From Candidatus Caldarchaeum sp. (GTDB lineage: Archaea > Thermoproteota > Nitrososphaeria_A > Caldarchaeales > Caldarchaeaceae), in contig JAWBRA010000001.1 of NCBI GenBank assembly GCA_038844785.1, forward strand, positions 39,931 to 103,930: DNA of 64,000 nt, given 5' to 3'. The notes under the pieces were generated by a model, which saw only the letters and a list, made by a program, of their open reading frames with translations, was not told the origin of the DNA and ran no database searches. The position numbers were made by a program, and so were the translations under genes. The stretch's first letter is position 1; every line of letters starts with the position of its first letter. Positions 37,553 through 47,687 of this stretch are shown here, piece after piece.

Positions 37553-37576
37553 AGCCTAAATTAGGTTTAGCCTAAA
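37544..37576. promoter_or_regulatory. Tandem DtxR-type operator palindromes
   Basis: TTTAGGC-ATA-GCCTAAA (covers the regulator start codon) immediately followed by TTAGG-TTTAG-CCTAA. Confidence 0.75.
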
Positions 37577-37614
37577 TTTAAACATATAACCAAACAAAAT
37601 AAAAAACAGACGGA

Positions 37615-38139
37615 ATGTTTAGAAAAATCAAGTCTGAAACATTTTTCACGGGGCGTGTCTTCTCGGTTCGGAGGGACCTAGTAGAATACGGAGGCAGGAG
37701 GTTTTACAAAGATGTTGTCGTGCATCCAGGGGCTGTGGCCATCATACCGTTGGACAATGACAACAACATATACTTGTTAAAACAGTACAGGTATGCGGTT
37801 GACTCCGAGTTGTTCGAATTTCCCGCGGGAACTATAGAGGATGAGACTCCAGAATCATGTGCGTCGCGTGAGCTGGTTGAGGAGACCGGGCTTGAGGCAG
37901 ACAGCTTTGAAAAACTGGCCGAGTTTTACCTAGCTCCCGGCTACAGCACTGAGTTGCTGCACGTTTACGTTGCAAAAGGCCTCAAGAAGACAAAGCCGTC
38001 GCCAGCGGTTGACGAACGAATGAGCCTAATGAAAACCTCTGTGAAAAACGCTGTCGAAATGGTTTTACGGGGAGAGATACGTGATGCGAAGACAATTGCA
38101 TCCCTTTTTATATTCAGAGAGGTTTACGGGACCTGTTAA
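37615..38139 (+). CDS. NUDIX hydrolase (ADP-ribose pyrophosphatase-like)
   Basis: HPGAVAI, KQYRY, EFPAG...ASRELVEETG, DAKT. Confidence 0.9.
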   Translation: MFRKIKSETFFTGRVFSVRRDLVEYGGRRFYKDVVVHPGAVAIIPLDNDNNIYLLKQYRYAVDSELFEFPAGTIEDETPESCASRELVEETGLEADSFEKLAEFYLAPGYSTELLHVYVAKGLKKTKPSPAVDERMSLMKTSVKNAVEMVLRGEIRDAKTIASLFIFREVYGTC

Positions 38140-39094
38140 AATGCTGCCATCCACGTCTTTCAATGTTTCTTTCTCCCCCATCTTCGACAAATTTCACGGC
38201 ACGCTGCTCCACCGCCCGCCCGATTATGTAAAGCCTTCTACCGATTTTCTCAAGCGTACGGCTAACAACATTTCCCCAGCCTTTCTTCACAGTAAAGACA
38301 AGCTCGTACTCTTCACCGCCGTAGAAAACAGCCTCATGAGGGTTTAGATTGTTCTTCCTGCAGTATTTCTCAGCTGAGGTGTCTAATGGAAGTTTTTCAA
38401 CAACAAATCCTACACCGCTGGATTCGGAGAGGAGGTATATAGATTCGGCTAGGCCGTCGCTGGAATCTATGCATGCTGAGACGCCGCCGGACATGGCTAG
38501 GGCTACTCCCTCCTCTACTCTAGCTTCTGGTCTGTACAGGCTTTGGAGAATTTCTTCATCTGCTGGAAGATTATGGGTGATTGCATGGAGCGCTGCATAA
38601 GTTTTTCCAAACAGGCCTGTTGTCGCAAGCAGGTCTCCGGGCTTTGCCCCGTTTCTGCTAACGACTCTTTCAGCCTCAGCCAGAACTGTGACCGACGCTG
38701 TGTTCAACGAATGTTCGTTTAGGTCTCCTCCTATTATGCGGGCGTTGTACCTATCTGCAGCCTCCCTAACCCCCAGCAATAACTGTTTGAAGTCTTCGAA
38801 ATCTGTTGAAGGGTTGAGGGCGAGGGAGAGCAGCAGGTATTTGGGCCGAGCGCCTTTTGCCGCCGCATCGCTCACAGCTGAAACCACCGCTTTCCATCCC
38901 GCCTGCCGCCAGCTCATGGTGCTAGGTACATCCGTCTCCCAGACAAGCGTGTCGACGCAAGCGACCATAAGGCCGTTAAACCAGAAGGCAGCAGCGTCAT
39001 CCCCGTGAGGTAGGATGAGTTCTTCACAACCTCCAGCTTGTTCGATTATGTGTTTTATTAGAAAACGTTCACCAAGCTCGTAAAGCTTAGGCAT
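38114..39094 (-). CDS. thiL: Thiamine-monophosphate kinase
   Basis: GDDAA, SDAAAKGARP, GGD, IDSSDGL, GGEEYELVFT, GWQHF. Confidence 0.93.
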   Translation of the reverse strand: MPKLYELGERFLIKHIIEQAGGCEELILPHGDDAAAFWFNGLMVACVDTLVWETDVPSTMSWRQAGWKAVVSAVSDAAAKGARPKYLLLSLALNPSTDFEDFKQLLLGVREAADRYNARIIGGDLNEHSLNTASVTVLAEAERVVSRNGAKPGDLLATTGLFGKTYAALHAITHNLPADEEILQSLYRPEARVEEGVALAMSGGVSACIDSSDGLAESIYLLSESSGVGFVVEKLPLDTSAEKYCRKNNLNPHEAVFYGGEEYELVFTVKKGWGNVVSRTLEKIGRRLYIIGRAVEQRAVKFVEDGGERNIERRGWQHFNRSRKPL

Positions 39095-39098
39095 CGTC

Positions 39099-39815
39099 TC
39101 ACCTGCCTACCAACCTAGACAGCAACACTTTAAAACACCATGCCCCAAACCGTACAACCTCCCTTACTGAGAGCTTGGATTTGCCTGAGATTCTTTTTTG
39201 GAAGAAAAAAGGTATTTCAACGATCTTGAATCCCTTACGGCTAAGCCTGTAAATAACTTCGGCTTGGAAAACATATCCTTTTTCAAAATCTTTTGTGAGT
39301 AGGTTTTTTAGGGATTTGGCGCTGTATGCTCTGAAGCCTGAGGTCATGTCCCTTATTTTTACGCCTGTGCATAGTTTAGCAATAAAGTTAGCTCCCCTGC
39401 TGACCATCATTCTTCCAAACCCCGCAGACCATTTCCCGCCTTTAACGTATCTTGAAGCTACGGCGACGTCGGCGCCCCGCTCTACCGCTTTCACCAGCTC
39501 AGGTATAAGCTCAGCGGGATGCGAGCCGTCAGCATCCATCGACACCACTACATCCGCTTCGTTCTCAAGAGCATTTTTAAACCCGTCCTGATAGGCTGAG
39601 CCAAGCCCCATCTTCCTACCTCTATTGATCAAAAGCACCCTACTATCCTTTTGCGATATTTCCTGTACAATCCTAGATGTTCCGTCTGGGCTGCCGTCGT
39701 CGACGACGATGACCCTCAAATCTTGAATTGAGAGAATTTTTTCCAACAGCGTCTGAATATTTTCAGCCTCATTATAGGTGGGTATAACAACGAATACCCT
39801 GGCTTTTCCACGCAT
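39099..39815 (-). CDS. Polyprenol-phosphate mannosyltransferase-like GT2
   Basis: IPTYNEAEN, VDDGSPDGT, MDADGSH, DMTSGFR. Confidence 0.88.
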   Translation of the reverse strand: MRGKARVFVVIPTYNEAENIQTLLEKILSIQDLRVIVVDDGSPDGTSRIVQEISQKDSRVLLINRGRKMGLGSAYQDGFKNALENEADVVVSMDADGSHPAELIPELVKAVERGADVAVASRYVKGGKWSAGFGRMMVSRGANFIAKLCTGVKIRDMTSGFRAYSAKSLKNLLTKDFEKGYVFQAEVIYRLSRKGFKIVEIPFFFQKRISGKSKLSVREVVRFGAWCFKVLLSRLVGR

Positions 39816-39821
39816 CCCTTC

Positions 39822-40490
39822 TCAACTGTATCTTTGACGTATTTTTAGGTAAACGCCGTTTACCCGTCGCACAGCCGTCAACGCATCCTTGACTGTTACG
39901 CCCTTCTTCTCAGCCAAGCCCTTGGTTTTCCTCACCTCCACCAATGTGTTGAACTCATCAAGTGTTATCAAATCGTTGATCATCAACTCGGTTAATAGGT
40001 CATAGAAGTGCTCACTTTTGGCGAACAGGCCTGCGGCACGGTAAACGGCGTGCACTAGAGCCTCAGCAGTACTAAAGGCGAGATTAACAATATCGTTTGG
40101 TGTTGCACCGTTGCGTAAAGCTGTCTCCGCCTGACTGATTATCTGCTCGACATTTGAAAAATCTTCCTCCGTCAGTTTTATGCTCGGAGAGGCATTGTCG
40201 TAAAGGGTTAAAATAGTTCTATATGCGTTGTTCAGCTGTATCATCCGCTCCTCGAACATCTTCTTCAACGTCGGTGGACTGTTTAAAGGTAAGCGGTCTG
40301 GATGATATTTTTTCACCATTTCCCTGTATGCTTTCCTCACCTCTTCTAGGGAAGCGCCCGGAGACACTCCCAGCACTGAATAAGGCCATCCGGTTGCAGA
40401 TGGCTCTGCCGAAATGCTTTTGAAGGCATATAAAACGACCGCTGCCGTGATTGTCGTAAACAGCAACACACCGGCTTCTAAAGGAGTCAT
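39822..40490 (-). CDS. Membrane-anchored J-domain protein
   Basis: N-terminal TM; PYSVLGV...[15 protein letters not shown]...LNNAY; helical C-terminal domain. Confidence 0.8.
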   Translation of the reverse strand: MTPLEAGVLLFTTITAAVVLYAFKSISAEPSATGWPYSVLGVSPGASLEEVRKAYREMVKKYHPDRLPLNSPPTLKKMFEERMIQLNNAYRTILTLYDNASPSIKLTEEDFSNVEQIISQAETALRNGATPNDIVNLAFSTAEALVHAVYRAAGLFAKSEHFYDLLTELMINDLITLDEFNTLVEVRKTKGLAEKKGVTVKDALTAVRRVNGVYLKIRQRYS

Positions 40491-40529
40491 GTGAGTGTGG
40501 ACACTACCGTTGTTGGCTATATTACGTTT

Positions 40530-40961
40530 TCACATTCGACCTCGTTCAAATATCTCTGCAAGCGTTCTGGGGAGTTCGGTTGAGCGGCCGTTCTCTAAGC
40601 TAACGCAGACGTATTTTATCCATCCTGTTGCAAGCTGTTCGCCGTTACCGGCATCCCTTAGAACAAAATCTGCGGTTACAACTTTGTCCTTTAACTCTTT
40701 TATCGTCACATGAGCTTCAATCATATCATCGTATTTTGAAGGTTTTGTAATACGGCAACCATACTCCCCTATCACTAATGTTCTGTCAAGTCTTTGTCCT
40801 TTAACGACAAGACAGCCCGTGCTGTCGAACACAACTCCGTTTCTCCGCAGATATTCTATGAAGGCTATGTCGAACCAGCGGACGTATGAGGGAAAATAAA
40901 CTCTTGTAGTGGAGTCTGTGTCCTGGAAACCCACTCTAAACCTCTCGACATGCACCTTCAT
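40530..40961 (-). CDS. Acyl-CoA thioesterase (4HBT/hotdog)
   Basis: DTDSTTRVYFPSYVRWFD, P.KYDD. Confidence 0.8.
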   Translation of the reverse strand: MKVHVERFRVGFQDTDSTTRVYFPSYVRWFDIAFIEYLRRNGVVFDSTGCLVVKGQRLDRTLVIGEYGCRITKPSKYDDMIEAHVTIKELKDKVVTADFVLRDAGNGEQLATGWIKYVCVSLENGRSTELPRTLAEIFERGRM

Positions 40962-41374
40962 TTCAATGGCTGGAACTTATACAGGCTTATATCTGGTGTT
41001 ACTGGGTCGAAAGACAACTTTACTCTCATGCCTGTTCTTACTTCCTCAGGTTTTACGCCTTCAACTCTGGCGTAAACCCTAACACCCTCATCCAAGTCAA
41101 CTTCAGCAATCACGAACGGAATGTCTCTCTGGAAGTCCGGAGAGTTGGCAACCACCCTTCTTATAACAGTGTATGAGTAGATTGTTCCCTCACCCTTCGA
41201 CGGCACCCATTCAAGCTCCAGCGAACCGCACTTGACGCACGAAGGCCTCGGATACCATTGATATCCTCCGCAGGATTTACAATGCTGGAGCATGAAAACA
41301 CCTTTTCTGCAGCCATCCCAGAAAGCCTTCGTATGTTCGAATAGCTGGGGCAACGGTCTTTTGTACTCGGCCAC
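40958..41374 (-). CDS. DUF35 Zn-ribbon/OB-fold protein
   Basis: FWDG, CKSCG..PRPSCVKCG, GTIYSYT, VDLDEG. Confidence 0.9.
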   Translation of the reverse strand: MAEYKRPLPQLFEHTKAFWDGCRKGVFMLQHCKSCGGYQWYPRPSCVKCGSLELEWVPSKGEGTIYSYTVIRRVVANSPDFQRDIPFVIAEVDLDEGVRVYARVEGVKPEEVRTGMRVKLSFDPVTPDISLYKFQPLK

Positions 41375-41377
41375 GGG

Positions 41378-42574
41378 TCACACCCCTTCGAGGATTAATG
41401 CATAGCTGTTGATAAAGCTGCCGCCGTGTGCTAACGCGCCTAACGCGGTTACCATTGCATAACGTGCGCCTCCGACCTGTCTCTCTCCCGCCTCGCCCCT
41501 CAGCTGTCTGACTGCTTCCACTATATGGTGTAGGCCGCCCGCCATGCCTGCCTGCCCGTAGGAGAGCAGTCCGCCGCCTGTGTTCACGGGAAAGTTTCCA
41601 CAGAAAGTTATGTCGTTTTCTTCCACGAACCTGCCTGCCTTGCCTTTTTCGCAGAAGCCTGCATCCTCCAGCTGCATCAAGACTACTGGCGTGTAGTCGT
41701 CATAAGCGTTTAACAGGTTTATCTTCGACGGCTTGAGCCCGCTCATTTCGTAGGCGTGTTTCGAAGCAATCTTTAAGCCGGTTGAAGTTATGTCGGGTAG
41801 CGGGTTTTCCGCATCCAAGTTATGCCACTCGCCAAAGCCCAGCAGCTTTACAGGCTTTTCAGAAACTTTACCGGCCACGCTTGTCTTCGAAAGTAACAGC
41901 GCAAAACCTCCGTTCACGAATGGACATATGTCGAGCATTCTGAGAGGGTCTGATATCATCGGAGAAGAGAGATACTCCTCGATTTTCAAAGGAGTCCTGA
42001 AATAGGCTAGAGGGTTTTTAGAAGCATTCTCCCTCTGTGAGATGGATATTTTGCCATATTGTTCTGGCTTGTAACCATACACATCCATCTGCCGTCTCAT
42101 TATCATAGCGGCCATGCTGTTGGGCCCCATCATACCTACAGGCATCAGATAATCCAGCTCATAACGCCACGTCAGCGAGCCCTCGCCGGTTATGTTCATT
42201 GGAGTGTCTGCGCCTAGGATCAGGAAATGGTCTATGTAGCCGGCGTGAATGGCCAGGGCGCCAGCGACCACTAGTGCTGCTCCGTTGGCTCCACCGTGAT
42301 CGGCTCTGAGCAAGAGCTTTGGCTCAAGGCCAAGGTTTTGCACAACCTCGGCCGACCAAATCTCTGCCCTGGGAAACGCGGACCCTGTTACGCCCACTCC
42401 CTGGCCTTTCAAATCCTTCAGAGAAAGCCCTGTCTGCTTCAACAAAAGGCTCAAAGCCCATGCGTAGTATTCTTCGATTGTGAGCCTCTTTTCACCCTTA
42501 TCCACCCTGGCACGGCTTACAGGAGTTTCTGCATATCCTGTTACAGAAACAGAGGCTGAAAACATATCAACCAC
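41378..42574 (-). CDS. Thiolase-family protein (SCP-x/aldolase-like)
   Basis: DPLRMLDICP, YDDYT, PVNTGGGLLSYG, EAVRQLRG; the usual N-terminal catalytic Cys is replaced (HGGANG). Confidence 0.85.
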   Translation of the reverse strand: MVDMFSASVSVTGYAETPVSRARVDKGEKRLTIEEYYAWALSLLLKQTGLSLKDLKGQGVGVTGSAFPRAEIWSAEVVQNLGLEPKLLLRADHGGANGAALVVAGALAIHAGYIDHFLILGADTPMNITGEGSLTWRYELDYLMPVGMMGPNSMAAMIMRRQMDVYGYKPEQYGKISISQRENASKNPLAYFRTPLKIEEYLSSPMISDPLRMLDICPFVNGGFALLLSKTSVAGKVSEKPVKLLGFGEWHNLDAENPLPDITSTGLKIASKHAYEMSGLKPSKINLLNAYDDYTPVVLMQLEDAGFCEKGKAGRFVEENDITFCGNFPVNTGGGLLSYGQAGMAGGLHHIVEAVRQLRGEAGERQVGGARYAMVTALGALAHGGSFINSYALILEGV

Positions 42575-42593
42575 TTCTGCAGTTGTGTGAAAT

Positions 42594-44981
42594 TTATTGA
42601 TTACGGCTGGGCCTATGTATCAGACGATATATATCTTCGGGTTTTACATGGGATGATGTTATCTCTCCTCCGAACGGCTTCACCGCATCCTCGACCGCCG
42701 CCACGAGGGCCGGGATAGGTGCTCCACACCCCTCGCCCACCCCTTTAGCCCCTAACGGGGTGAAGGGCGATGGAATGGATATCCGGTCCGTTTTGAAATA
42801 CGGGACCTCTACAGCTGTTGGGGCTAGGTAGTCCGTGAAAGAGGTTGTAAGGAGTAAACCGTCATCGTCGTATTCGAACTTCTCGTAGAGAACAGCCGCC
42901 AAGCCATGGTAGGCAGCACCGTGCACTTGGCCATCCACTATAGCCGGGTTGATGACTCGTCCGCAATCATCTACTATTGCGTAGTCGAGAACTTTCACCG
43001 TCCCGCTTTCAGGGTCTACTTCAACAACCACGGCATGTGCTTGGTAGGAGTAGGTGAGCGTGAGGTTGCCGATTTTCTTCTCGTTTGGAGGCTTGAAGTC
43101 TGGGCTGAAGACGGCTGTGGCGGTCAAACCAGGCTCCATGCCTTTAGGAAGCTCGAATGGGTTTGCGTAAGCGGTCCTTGCTATCCTCTTAAAAGAAACT
43201 TTTTTCTCCGGAGTGTCGCGCACGTAAGCTGCACCCCCTTCAACGACTATGTCTTCCTTCCTAGCCTCCAGAATGTTTGCCGCCACCGAGGCTATCATGT
43301 CCCTGAGCCTGAGCGCAGCGTTGTAGACCGCCACCATGCCCGTGCCTGCAAACCTGCTGGCATAGGTTCCGGAGTGAAGCGTGTATGGATGCGATCCAGA
43401 GTCAAAGCCTGGGGCAACTGTCACATCCTCGTAATCTATCTTCAGCACGTCCGCCACCATCTGTGAAGCAATTGTTTCATGAGCTTGGCCCTGCGGAACG
43501 GTTCCAAGTTTAACAAGTATTTTGCCGTCGGGCGTCATCTGGACGCTCGCAGCCTCGCTCGTTCCAACGTTCGGCAGCTGAGGGTTGAGCATTCGCACCT
43601 GCCCGAAGTTGGCGGCTCCAGAATCTATCGTGACGCTCAATCCGACGCCGATAAGCCGGCCTTGAGACCTAAGCTCACTCTGTCTCCGGCGCCAGTCCCA
43701 GTAGTTTATCATTGACGCAGCTTTCTCGAGGGCTCCGTAATAGTCACCTCCGTCGTAGACACATCCGTTGAGCGTGGTGTAGGGTTGCTCGTCACGTGGT
43801 ACGTAGTTTATCCGCCTTATCTCAAGAGGGTCTTTACCGAGCTCGCGGGCAATTTTGTCCAGAATCCTCTCGATCATGAACTGATGCGGTGCTCTTGAAA
43901 ACCCTCTGTTTGGGCCTGCAGGACATTTGTTTGTGAAGACTGCATACATTCTTTGGCGTAAATGTTTGAATTTGCAGCATCCTGAAGCGACCTGAGCCCA
44001 GACAGTAAGGCCGGCAGGCTCATGTCTCGCGTAAGCACCAATGTCGTCTACTGTTGTCGTCCTGAGCCCGAGAAGCGTGCCATCATTTTTCACCGCCGCC
44101 TCCACTTCGAAATGCCTGTCAGCACCGTGGGAGCTGGCCATCATATGTTCCGTCCTAGTCTCTATCCATTTTACAGGCCTCCCCACAAGCTTCGACAAGG
44201 CTGCAACCAAAACCATGTAGGTGTAGTTGATGATTTTGACGCCGAAGCCTCCGCCGATGTCTGGCGTCACGATCCTCACCCTAGTCATATCCGTGTCCAA
44301 GGCCCTAAGGATGGAGGGAGAGAGAAACATCGGCATTTGGTTGTTGCAGTAAATGGTGTAGCCTATTTGCTCATCATAGCTCGCTAACACTGCGTTGGGC
44401 TCGAGCGGCGTTGAGCTGAATCGGTGGAAGACAAGCTTAGCCGTAACCACTTTGTCAGCGTTTCTTAGAGCTTCGTCGTAGTCGCCATAGTCGTATTCGA
44501 CTGTTGCGGCGATGTTTGTTCCAGCTTCTTCATGAATTAATGGACCCTCGCCGTTCAGTACCTCGATGGGGTTTGTCACAGGCTTTAACGGCTCATATTC
44601 TACTTCTATACAGTCTATCGCGTCTCTTGCATGGTAGGGTGTGTCTGCGACAACAGCGGCGACAGGTTCGCCCACAAACCTCACTTTTTTCACAGCCATG
44701 GAGTAGTCGATTACTTTGGAGGCTGGGGGGACGGTGAGCTGTGGGAACGGTTTGGTTACGGCCGCTATGTCAGATCCTGTGAAAACACCGTAGACACCCT
44801 CGGCGGTAGAAGCCTTGGAGACATCGATAGATTTTATGAGGGCGTGGGGGTAGGGAGAGCGTAAAAAGGCCGCATAAGCTGTTCCGGGAAGGCTTATGTC
44901 GTCCACGAATCTACCACGACCTTTAACGTGGCGCAAGGCTTCCTTTATTTTAACAGGGGCACCGATATAGCTAAACGTCAT
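42594..44981 (-). CDS. Xanthine dehydrogenase-family molybdopterin-binding large subunit
   Basis: LRSPYPHA, DIGGGFGVK, GPNRGF, QGQAHET, GTYASR, GQVHG, GAKGVGE. Confidence 0.9.
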   Translation of the reverse strand: MTFSYIGAPVKIKEALRHVKGRGRFVDDISLPGTAYAAFLRSPYPHALIKSIDVSKASTAEGVYGVFTGSDIAAVTKPFPQLTVPPASKVIDYSMAVKKVRFVGEPVAAVVADTPYHARDAIDCIEVEYEPLKPVTNPIEVLNGEGPLIHEEAGTNIAATVEYDYGDYDEALRNADKVVTAKLVFHRFSSTPLEPNAVLASYDEQIGYTIYCNNQMPMFLSPSILRALDTDMTRVRIVTPDIGGGFGVKIINYTYMVLVAALSKLVGRPVKWIETRTEHMMASSHGADRHFEVEAAVKNDGTLLGLRTTTVDDIGAYARHEPAGLTVWAQVASGCCKFKHLRQRMYAVFTNKCPAGPNRGFSRAPHQFMIERILDKIARELGKDPLEIRRINYVPRDEQPYTTLNGCVYDGGDYYGALEKAASMINYWDWRRRQSELRSQGRLIGVGLSVTIDSGAANFGQVRMLNPQLPNVGTSEAASVQMTPDGKILVKLGTVPQGQAHETIASQMVADVLKIDYEDVTVAPGFDSGSHPYTLHSGTYASRFAGTGMVAVYNAALRLRDMIASVAANILEARKEDIVVEGGAAYVRDTPEKKVSFKRIARTAYANPFELPKGMEPGLTATAVFSPDFKPPNEKKIGNLTLTYSYQAHAVVVEVDPESGTVKVLDYAIVDDCGRVINPAIVDGQVHGAAYHGLAAVLYEKFEYDDDGLLLTTSFTDYLAPTAVEVPYFKTDRISIPSPFTPLGAKGVGEGCGAPIPALVAAVEDAVKPFGGEITSSHVKPEDIYRLIHRPSRNQ

Positions 44982-45025
44982 ACAGAAACACCTGCAACTC
45001 GATTAATAAATATGCAACACTGATT

Positions 45026-46195
45026 TTAGAAAGATCTCGGCATGTTCAGAACTCTTGTGCCTATGAAGTTGAGCACCATTTCTTCCGGGACGGGGGCTGT
45101 CCGGAAAACCCTAGCGTCTCTGAAGAACCTTTCTACGTCGTATTCTTCAGCGAACCCCATTCCTCCGAATGTTTGAACGGCTCTGTCAGCTGCTTTGAAA
45201 GCAGCTCTGGCGGCTGTGAAAGCGGCGACGTTTGCTTCGAAGGCACAGTCTCTGCCTTTGTCGAAAAGCCATGCAGCCTTCTGCGTCATCAGCCTAGCGG
45301 TTTCGAGCTCAGCCTTCGCCTCGGCGAGTGGGAACTGGATTGCTTGGTTGCTGCCTATCGGCCTTCCGAAAACATTTCTGCTCGACGCGTAGTCGACCGC
45401 TCTCTGCAGAACATAGTCCCCGCAGCCTATGGAAATGGATGCGGTTGAGATCCTCTCTGCGTTAAGCAGGGTTGACAGGGCGTACCATCCCTTGTCAAGT
45501 TCTCCTAAGAGATTTGTCTCCGGAACCCATGTGTCCTCAAAGTAGACTAGGTTGCTTGTTAGAGGACGTAGAGACATCCCCGGGATCTTCGAGGTTTTGA
45601 CAGCGTTTTCTTTCACGTCTACAACGAACAGGCTGAGCCCTTCTGATTTTCTCCGAACCTTTTCTTTCGGCGTCGTCCTTGCGACAACTATCATGATGTC
45701 AGCCATGTGGGCCAAAGTTATCCATATTTTCTGGCCGTTGATACAAAACCCGCCGTCTTTTCTCGTTGCATAGGTCTGGATGTCAAACGTGTTAACGCCT
45801 GCGTTGGGTTCGGTGTGGGCGAAAGAACAGATAAGCTTTCCCGATGCAAGAAGAGGAAGGTATTTTTCCTTTGCTTCGTCCCTACCGAACCTGTCGATCA
45901 TAACTCCTCCGAAGACCATTGTCCGCATTAGAAGGTCTCCTGCAGGCAGGCCTCCGCCGGAAGCTGCAACACTCATCATAGCCAGCGACGCTTCCGACAA
46001 ACCCATTCCAAGACCTCCATATTTTTCGGGAATGTTTATCCCAAGCAAGCCCTGCTCAGCTACAGCCCTCCAATATTCTTCTGGAAACCTTCTTTCACTG
46101 TCTACTCTCCGCCAGTACTCGGGCGGAAACTTTTTCATAAACTCTGAAACAGACTTCCTAATCACAGCCATGTTTTCCGTCTCGTCGAAATTCAT
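45026..46195 (-). CDS. Acyl-CoA dehydrogenase
   Basis: FAHTEPNAG, NGQKIWIT, LNAER, FGRPIGSNQAIQF, QTFGGMGF..EYDVERFFRD. Confidence 0.92.
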   Translation of the reverse strand: MNFDETENMAVIRKSVSEFMKKFPPEYWRRVDSERRFPEEYWRAVAEQGLLGINIPEKYGGLGMGLSEASLAMMSVAASGGGLPAGDLLMRTMVFGGVMIDRFGRDEAKEKYLPLLASGKLICSFAHTEPNAGVNTFDIQTYATRKDGGFCINGQKIWITLAHMADIMIVVARTTPKEKVRRKSEGLSLFVVDVKENAVKTSKIPGMSLRPLTSNLVYFEDTWVPETNLLGELDKGWYALSTLLNAERISTASISIGCGDYVLQRAVDYASSRNVFGRPIGSNQAIQFPLAEAKAELETARLMTQKAAWLFDKGRDCAFEANVAAFTAARAAFKAADRAVQTFGGMGFAEEYDVERFFRDARVFRTAPVPEEMVLNFIGTRVLNMPRSF

Positions 46196-46271
46196 GTAAT
46201 TCCTACGGAGTCTCTCAAAAAATACTTTATCATCAGTCGTTTACCGCTTCAAAAGTTTATATTCGCCTTAT

Positions 46272-47687
46272 TTGACTTACTATGGCGTGCATCACAAAAT
46301 AGTTTTGGATGAAAACAGCTTGCCGAAAAACTGGTACAACATCTTGCCAGACCTTCCGAAACCGCTTCCACCACCCATCGACCCCGCTACGAGAGCGCCC
46401 ATAGACCCTCGTAAGCTGGAGAGGGTCTTCGCCAAGGAATTGATAAGGCAGGAGCTGAGCCCAGAGCGCTGGATACCGATACCCGAGGAAGTCAGGGACG
46501 TGCTGAGACTGTGGAGGCCTACACCACTTTACAGGGCGGTTGGTCTTGAGAAGGCGCTTAAGACACCCGCTAGGATATACTACAAGAATGAAGGGGTTTC
46601 GCCTCCCGGCTCCCACAAGCCCAACACCGCTGTCGCACAGGCATACTACAACATGAAGGAAGGTATTGAAAGGCTGACGACGGAGACAGGTGCAGGCCAG
46701 TGGGGGAGTGCGCTGGCTTTTGCTACAAACATGTTCGGCATGAAGTGCACGGTTTACATGGTGCGTGCAAGCTATCATCAGAAGCCTGCTAGAAAGATGC
46801 TGATGCATTCATGGGGTGCTGAGGTTTATCCCAGCCCAAGCGACAGGACAAACTTTGGAAGAACTATGTTGAGCCAGAACCCCAACCATCCGGGCAGCTT
46901 AGGTATAGCCATAAGCGAAGCTCTCGAAGACTGTGTTACGCACGACAACACAAGATACAGCTTGGGGAGCGTGTTAAACCATGTCCTCATGCATCAAACA
47001 GTCCAAGGCCTTGAAGCGCTGGAGCAGCTGAAGCAGGTTGGCGAATATCCTGACATTGTGGCTGGATGTGTTGGAGGAGGAAGCAGCTTCTCTGGTCTCT
47101 TCTGGCCTTTCTACTACGAGGTTGTTTCGAAGAAGGCTCCTAAGAAGGTTAAGTTCGTGGCAACCGAGCCTACGGCATGCCCAACTATGACGAAAGGCAT
47201 CTATACATACGACTTCGGCGACACGGCAAAGATGACGCCACTACTGCCCATGTACACGCTCGGTTCAGACTTTATTCCGCCGCCAATACACGCCGGAGGA
47301 CTGCGTTACCACGGAGACGCTCCCACGCTCTGCCTCCTGCTTCACGAGGGATGGATAGAGCCACACGCATACGACCAGGTATCGGTCTTCCAGGCAGCTG
47401 TCCAGTTCGCGAGAGCTGAAGGCTTCCTACCAGGTCCAGAGCCGGCACACACCATCAGATACGTGATAGACGAGGCCTTGAGGTGCAAACAGACCGGTGA
47501 GGAGAAGGTCATCCTCTTTAACCTCTGCGGCCACGGTGCCTTCGACCTGCACGCCTACGAGGAGTTCTTCGAGGGCAAGCTGCCTCCATGGTACTATCCT
47601 GAGGATGAGATAAAGAAGTCCATCCAAAGGCTGAAAGAAGAGCTTAAATGGCTGCCTGAAGTCGAGAAACAGTTCCTAGGGACTTAA
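46272..47687 (+). CDS. trpB2: TrpB2-type tryptophan synthase beta (PLP enzyme)
   Basis: [41 protein letters not shown]. Confidence 0.93.
   Translation: MTYYGVHHKIVLDENSLPKNWYNILPDLPKPLPPPIDPATRAPIDPRKLERVFAKELIRQELSPERWIPIPEEVRDVLRLWRPTPLYRAVGLEKALKTPARIYYKNEGVSPPGSHKPNTAVAQAYYNMKEGIERLTTETGAGQWGSALAFATNMFGMKCTVYMVRASYHQKPARKMLMHSWGAEVYPSPSDRTNFGRTMLSQNPNHPGSLGIAISEALEDCVTHDNTRYSLGSVLNHVLMHQTVQGLEALEQLKQVGEYPDIVAGCVGGGSSFSGLFWPFYYEVVSKKAPKKVKFVATEPTACPTMTKGIYTYDFGDTAKMTPLLPMYTLGSDFIPPPIHAGGLRYHGDAPTLCLLLHEGWIEPHAYDQVSVFQAAVQFARAEGFLPGPEPAHTIRYVIDEALRCKQTGEEKVILFNLCGHGAFDLHAYEEFFEGKLPPWYYPEDEIKKSIQRLKEELKWLPEVEKQFLGT

Noticed and set aside
42594-44981. Aerobic CO dehydrogenase large subunit
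   Set aside because: The active-site loop is GPNRGF rather than AYxCSFR, and no coxM/coxS genes are adjacent.
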